Both the position numbers and the translations under genes were made by a program. Below the pieces are notes generated by a model, which saw only the letters and a program-made list of their open reading frames with translations, searched no databases and was not told where the DNA came from. A DNA stretch of 41,104 nucleotides from positions 1 through 41,104 of the forward strand of contig JAHQXB010000156.1 of the NCBI GenBank assembly GCA_029856435.1. Direction: 5' to 3'. The first letter of the stretch is position 1. Each line of letters opens with the position of its first letter. The stretch is from Candidatus Jordarchaeia archaeon (GTDB taxonomy: Archaea > Asgardarchaeota > Jordiarchaeia > Jordiarchaeales > Jordiarchaeaceae). Shown one piece after another: positions 38,055 to 41,104 of the stretch.

Positions 38055-40164
38055 CGGAAACCGGGCGGTCAACTGGCTGAGAACACTCCGAGGATCTATT
38101 GAAAGGGTGGAGGAGACCTACTACCCCGACTTTTATGTCCTGCCCCGTGGAGACCTGAACCCCGACGGTTTCTCCTGGCTTTTGAGAGAGGAGCCCCGAA
38201 TATTTAACGCCCAGGTTGAGTGGAAGTATGCAGATCTAAGGATGAAGAAGAAAATCCGAGTGGTTCACATTCAAACCGTGTCCCCCAAAGCCTTCAGGGA
38301 GGTTGTGAACATACTCAAAAGGCGAAACGCTGTCGCAAAATTCTATGGAACCGACATCACACACATTCAACGCTACCTCTGCATTCGAGGCTTCGCCCCC
38401 ACTATGCTAGTAGAATATCGGAACCGCCAGTTCACAAAAATAGAAGACTTGGATGAGCTTGCCCCGCCGCCTCTAACCGAAATCTCCCTCAGAGTGCAGA
38501 TAGATAAAAAAGGATTTTTGGCTAATCCTGAACGTGACTCCATTAAAAGAGTCACCCTATACGGCTCCGATGGGGACAAGGAGGAGCTGAGCGGAAGCGA
38601 GGATTACATTCTGGAGAGCCTTCAGAGAATAATACAGAGTCGAGACCCAGACATCCTCCTGGCTCCCAGTCATCCTCTTAGAGACCTTCACTATATCGTT
38701 AAGAGGGCGAAAATCTTGGGACTCAACATAAACCTTTCTCGGGAGAACGATTATTCTATCCAGCCTGATTCTCCTTCTTGGAGTAGTTGGAGGGGGAGAG
38801 CTTATGTTTCCTTGGAGTCGTTTGAAAGGTTTGGTCTTGCGGGTTTGAGTGAGCTCTGCCGCTTTGGAATGATTCCCTTGGGGCTAGCTGCTAGGTGGGC
38901 TGCGGGAAGAATTGTGGACTGCAGACAGGTCTATGAAGCCATGAAGCTGGGGATTCTTATACCAGAGGCGAAGAGTTACAGTAACCATTTCAGAACCGTG
39001 GAGGAACTCTACCTGAAGGATCGGGGAGGACTAATCATCTCTCCCAGAGTGGGGGTGCACGAGAATGTTTGTGCTTTGGATTTTGAATCCATGTATCCCA
39101 ACTTGATTCTGCGTAGAAACATAAGTTACGAAACCTGTACACTTGAGGGGATAGACTATTCGTGGAAGGGTTTGCTTCCCAGAGTGGCTGAGGCTGCCTT
39201 GGAGAGGAGGTTACACTTCAAACATCTGAGAAAGAGCCTTCTTGAGGGCAGTTCCGAGTATGTTTATGCGGATCAGCGTCAAGAGGCTTTGAAGATGATG
39301 TTGGTTGTAATATATGGTTATAGTGGTTGCACCTGGAACCGTTTCCAACATGTTCCCACCTTTGAGAGTATTAATTTGCATGGGAGGGAGATTCTCATCA
39401 GGGCCATAAATATTTCAATGAGGGAGGGCTTCCAAGTGGTTTACGCGGATACAGATTGCTTATTCGTCAAAAGGCAGGGAGCCTCAAAGGAAGATTTTGA
39501 AAGACTTGCAGAGCAGATATCTGAGGAGGTTAATTTCCCCATCGCCATAGACAACCTGTACCGGTTCCTAGTATTATTACCCTCTAAGTTAGACCCCATG
39601 GTTGATGTGGTGAAACGCTACTACGGTAAACTGTATGATGGTAGACTCCACCAGAGGGGAATAGAAGTCAGGAGACACGATGCACCCAAACTCATAAAGA
39701 GGTTTCAAGAGGAACTGATGGAAACATTGTTCAACGCTCAGAACATTGAGGAAGTGAAGAAGAATTACCATAAAGCTGTGGAGTTCACCCTTCAAACATA
39801 CGGTAGAGTTCTTTCTGGAGAAGTGGATGTCAGCGAACTCGTCGTGGAGAAAGACTTGCATAAACCCTTAGATGAATATTTGAGAATCTATCCTCATGTG
39901 GCTGCGGGTAGACAGTTGGAAAATTATGGAACAGTCCAAGAGGGGCGGCTGGTCAGATACGTCTACGTGAATCATCTGAGCTCCAACCCTCTAGCCAGAG
40001 TCCAAGCTCTACCATTATATGATGGTCGAAGCTACGACAGAGAGAAGTACAGTGAACTCGTCCTCGAAGCTGCGGAAACCCTTCTCAAAGTCTTTGGTTT
40101 TGAGAAAAAAGATGTAGCTTCGTCCTTCAAAAAAATTGTTGGCTCAAAGAAAAATGAAGTCTAG
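38023..40164 (+). CDS. polB2: Family B DNA polymerase, PolB2-type
   Basis: Motif A LDFESMYPN, motif B RQEALKMMLVVIYGYSG, motif C YADTD, RGIEVRRHD; exonuclease motifs eroded; start ATG 38023 overlaps the upstream gene. Confidence 0.88.
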   Translation: MEGWVTQSYIDGNRAVNWLRTLRGSIERVEETYYPDFYVLPRGDLNPDGFSWLLREEPRIFNAQVEWKYADLRMKKKIRVVHIQTVSPKAFREVVNILKRRNAVAKFYGTDITHIQRYLCIRGFAPTMLVEYRNRQFTKIEDLDELAPPPLTEISLRVQIDKKGFLANPERDSIKRVTLYGSDGDKEELSGSEDYILESLQRIIQSRDPDILLAPSHPLRDLHYIVKRAKILGLNINLSRENDYSIQPDSPSWSSWRGRAYVSLESFERFGLAGLSELCRFGMIPLGLAARWAAGRIVDCRQVYEAMKLGILIPEAKSYSNHFRTVEELYLKDRGGLIISPRVGVHENVCALDFESMYPNLILRRNISYETCTLEGIDYSWKGLLPRVAEAALERRLHFKHLRKSLLEGSSEYVYADQRQEALKMMLVVIYGYSGCTWNRFQHVPTFESINLHGREILIRAINISMREGFQVVYADTDCLFVKRQGASKEDFERLAEQISEEVNFPIAIDNLYRFLVLLPSKLDPMVDVVKRYYGKLYDGRLHQRGIEVRRHDAPKLIKRFQEELMETLFNAQNIEEVKKNYHKAVEFTLQTYGRVLSGEVDVSELVVEKDLHKPLDEYLRIYPHVAAGRQLENYGTVQEGRLVRYVYVNHLSSNPLARVQALPLYDGRSYDREKYSELVLEAAETLLKVFGFEKKDVASSFKKIVGSKKNEV

Positions 40165-40305
40165 GAAAATTTTTTCTTTTATCCGTATTTTTCCACTGCT
40201 TTTCGGATAAGCACTTATTGGGAGTTTTCGATTTTGTGGGGGAATCAAGATGGAAATGTGGGAGTAATCTTTTTTAGGATTATTAAACCAATTTTGTGAG
40301 GGAGG

Positions 40306-41104
40306 ATGTCTTGGTTGGCTGTGGTGCTAGTGGAGCGTAAGGGTATTCTCTGCCTTCTGGGGGCAATTGTAGCTTTGATTGGATTTTCGCTGAGTGATAT
40401 GCGGCTTTCAGTTTCTGTGCCCCTGTATTCGTATGTTTCTTTTTGTGGACGGATTGTCTGGAGTGGTGCTGGCTTCGCAGTGTTTTTGAGTGGCGAAATT
40501 TTGTTTTTTTCTTCGCTTGTTTTTTTGTTTTTGGAAAAGAAGATTGGGGAACTTTGGGTGGCCCAGCTTGGTAAGTTGGCTCTTTTTACCGTGGGATACC
40601 TGTTGTTGGTGCAGAGGGTGAGTGGAAGTGTAGTTCTTGATACTCCTTTTTTTGTTTTTTCAATCTATGTGGAAAATGTTTATACGGAGATGACCCAGTA
40701 TCTCCTTCTGCTTTCACTCTTCACCACACTTTCACTTGTTCTGGCTGGAGATTTCTTTTTGAGGAGGGACACTGCTAAGGGGCCCAGTGAGAGGTTCTAC
40801 TTGTTCTGTGGGCTATGTAACTTTTCCTTGGGAGCTGTAATGGCTGCTTCTGTTCTCCTGAGAATTTCAAACTATGCTTTTTACTCTTTTCCGGGAGACA
40901 TCTACTTCTATATGCAGCAATTTTTCTTCGTCACCGTGAACTCTTTCGAGGTTATTGGCGTTTTCTCAGCCGCCCTAGGCTGTGTAATCATCGCCTTTAA
41001 GAAGAATCCTCCACAAATCGGCAAAGGACAAATCATAGTGGGCTCTATTCTTGTGGTGATGGCTGCTCCATTAACTTTCATCCCTGTTCAGATTTGGATA
41101 GACC
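40306..41104 (+). CDS. Hypothetical polytopic membrane protein (partial, runs off the window; not in ORF track)
   Basis: RBS GGAGG then ATG 40306; frame open to the window end (MSWLAVVLVERKGILCLLGAIVALIG...), multiple hydrophobic segments. Confidence 0.65.
   Translation, partial: MSWLAVVLVERKGILCLLGAIVALIGFSLSDMRLSVSVPLYSYVSFCGRIVWSGAGFAVFLSGEILFFSSLVFLFLEKKIGELWVAQLGKLALFTVGYLLLVQRVSGSVVLDTPFFVFSIYVENVYTEMTQYLLLLSLFTTLSLVLAGDFFLRRDTAKGPSERFYLFCGLCNFSLGAVMAASVLLRISNYAFYSFPGDIYFYMQQFFFVTVNSFEVIGVFSAALGCVIIAFKKNPPQIGKGQIIVGSILVVMAAPLTFIPVQIWID

Noticed and set aside
1-41104. CRISPR array, tRNA or rRNA genes
   Set aside because: No regularly spaced repeats or cloverleaf/rRNA-like segments recognised by eye.

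Overview
Archaeal chromosomal window of 41.1 kb. Archaeal origin is inferred from the ATP-dependent DNA ligase, ADP-forming acyl-CoA synthetase alpha subunits, RadA-like/PolB genes, TATA-like promoters and GGAGG/GGTGA RBSs. The lipid/acyl-CoA gene content would fit an Asgard- or Bathyarchaeia-like anaerobe, but the lineage cannot be proven here. Main blocks: (1) right end of an IS200/IS605 (TnpB) element at the left edge; (2) acyl/lipid metabolism genes (polyprenol/dolichol kinase-like protein, nitroreductase-RHH-RHH-SCP2 operon, two AcdA, a tandem PaaK-like pair, two alpha/beta hydrolases) and two paralogous V4R-like Cys-rich proteins; (3) an oxidative-stress neighbourhood (FprA, OsmC, DNA ligase, peroxiredoxin flanked by two Fur/PerR paralogues, 24-bp perfect palindrome); (4) a ~13 kb bacterial-type alpha-glucan/trehalose island (treS-maltokinase fusion, glgB, GH57, malQ, divergent glgP) interrupted by a decayed tnpB, with the maltokinase catalytic Asp replaced by Ser and no glgE in the window; (5) a doubly pseudogenised RHH/PIN toxin-antitoxin pair; (6) a three-gene cassette of P-loop-dead RadA paralogue, small helical protein and proofreading-deficient but catalytically intact PolB2, preceded by a tandem TGTA-N5-TACA repeat, i.e. 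a candidate archaeal inducible mutasome. The window also shows kb-scale patches of alternating A/C versus G/T strand bias that can switch inside a gene. All calls come from reading motifs by eye; no database searches were run.
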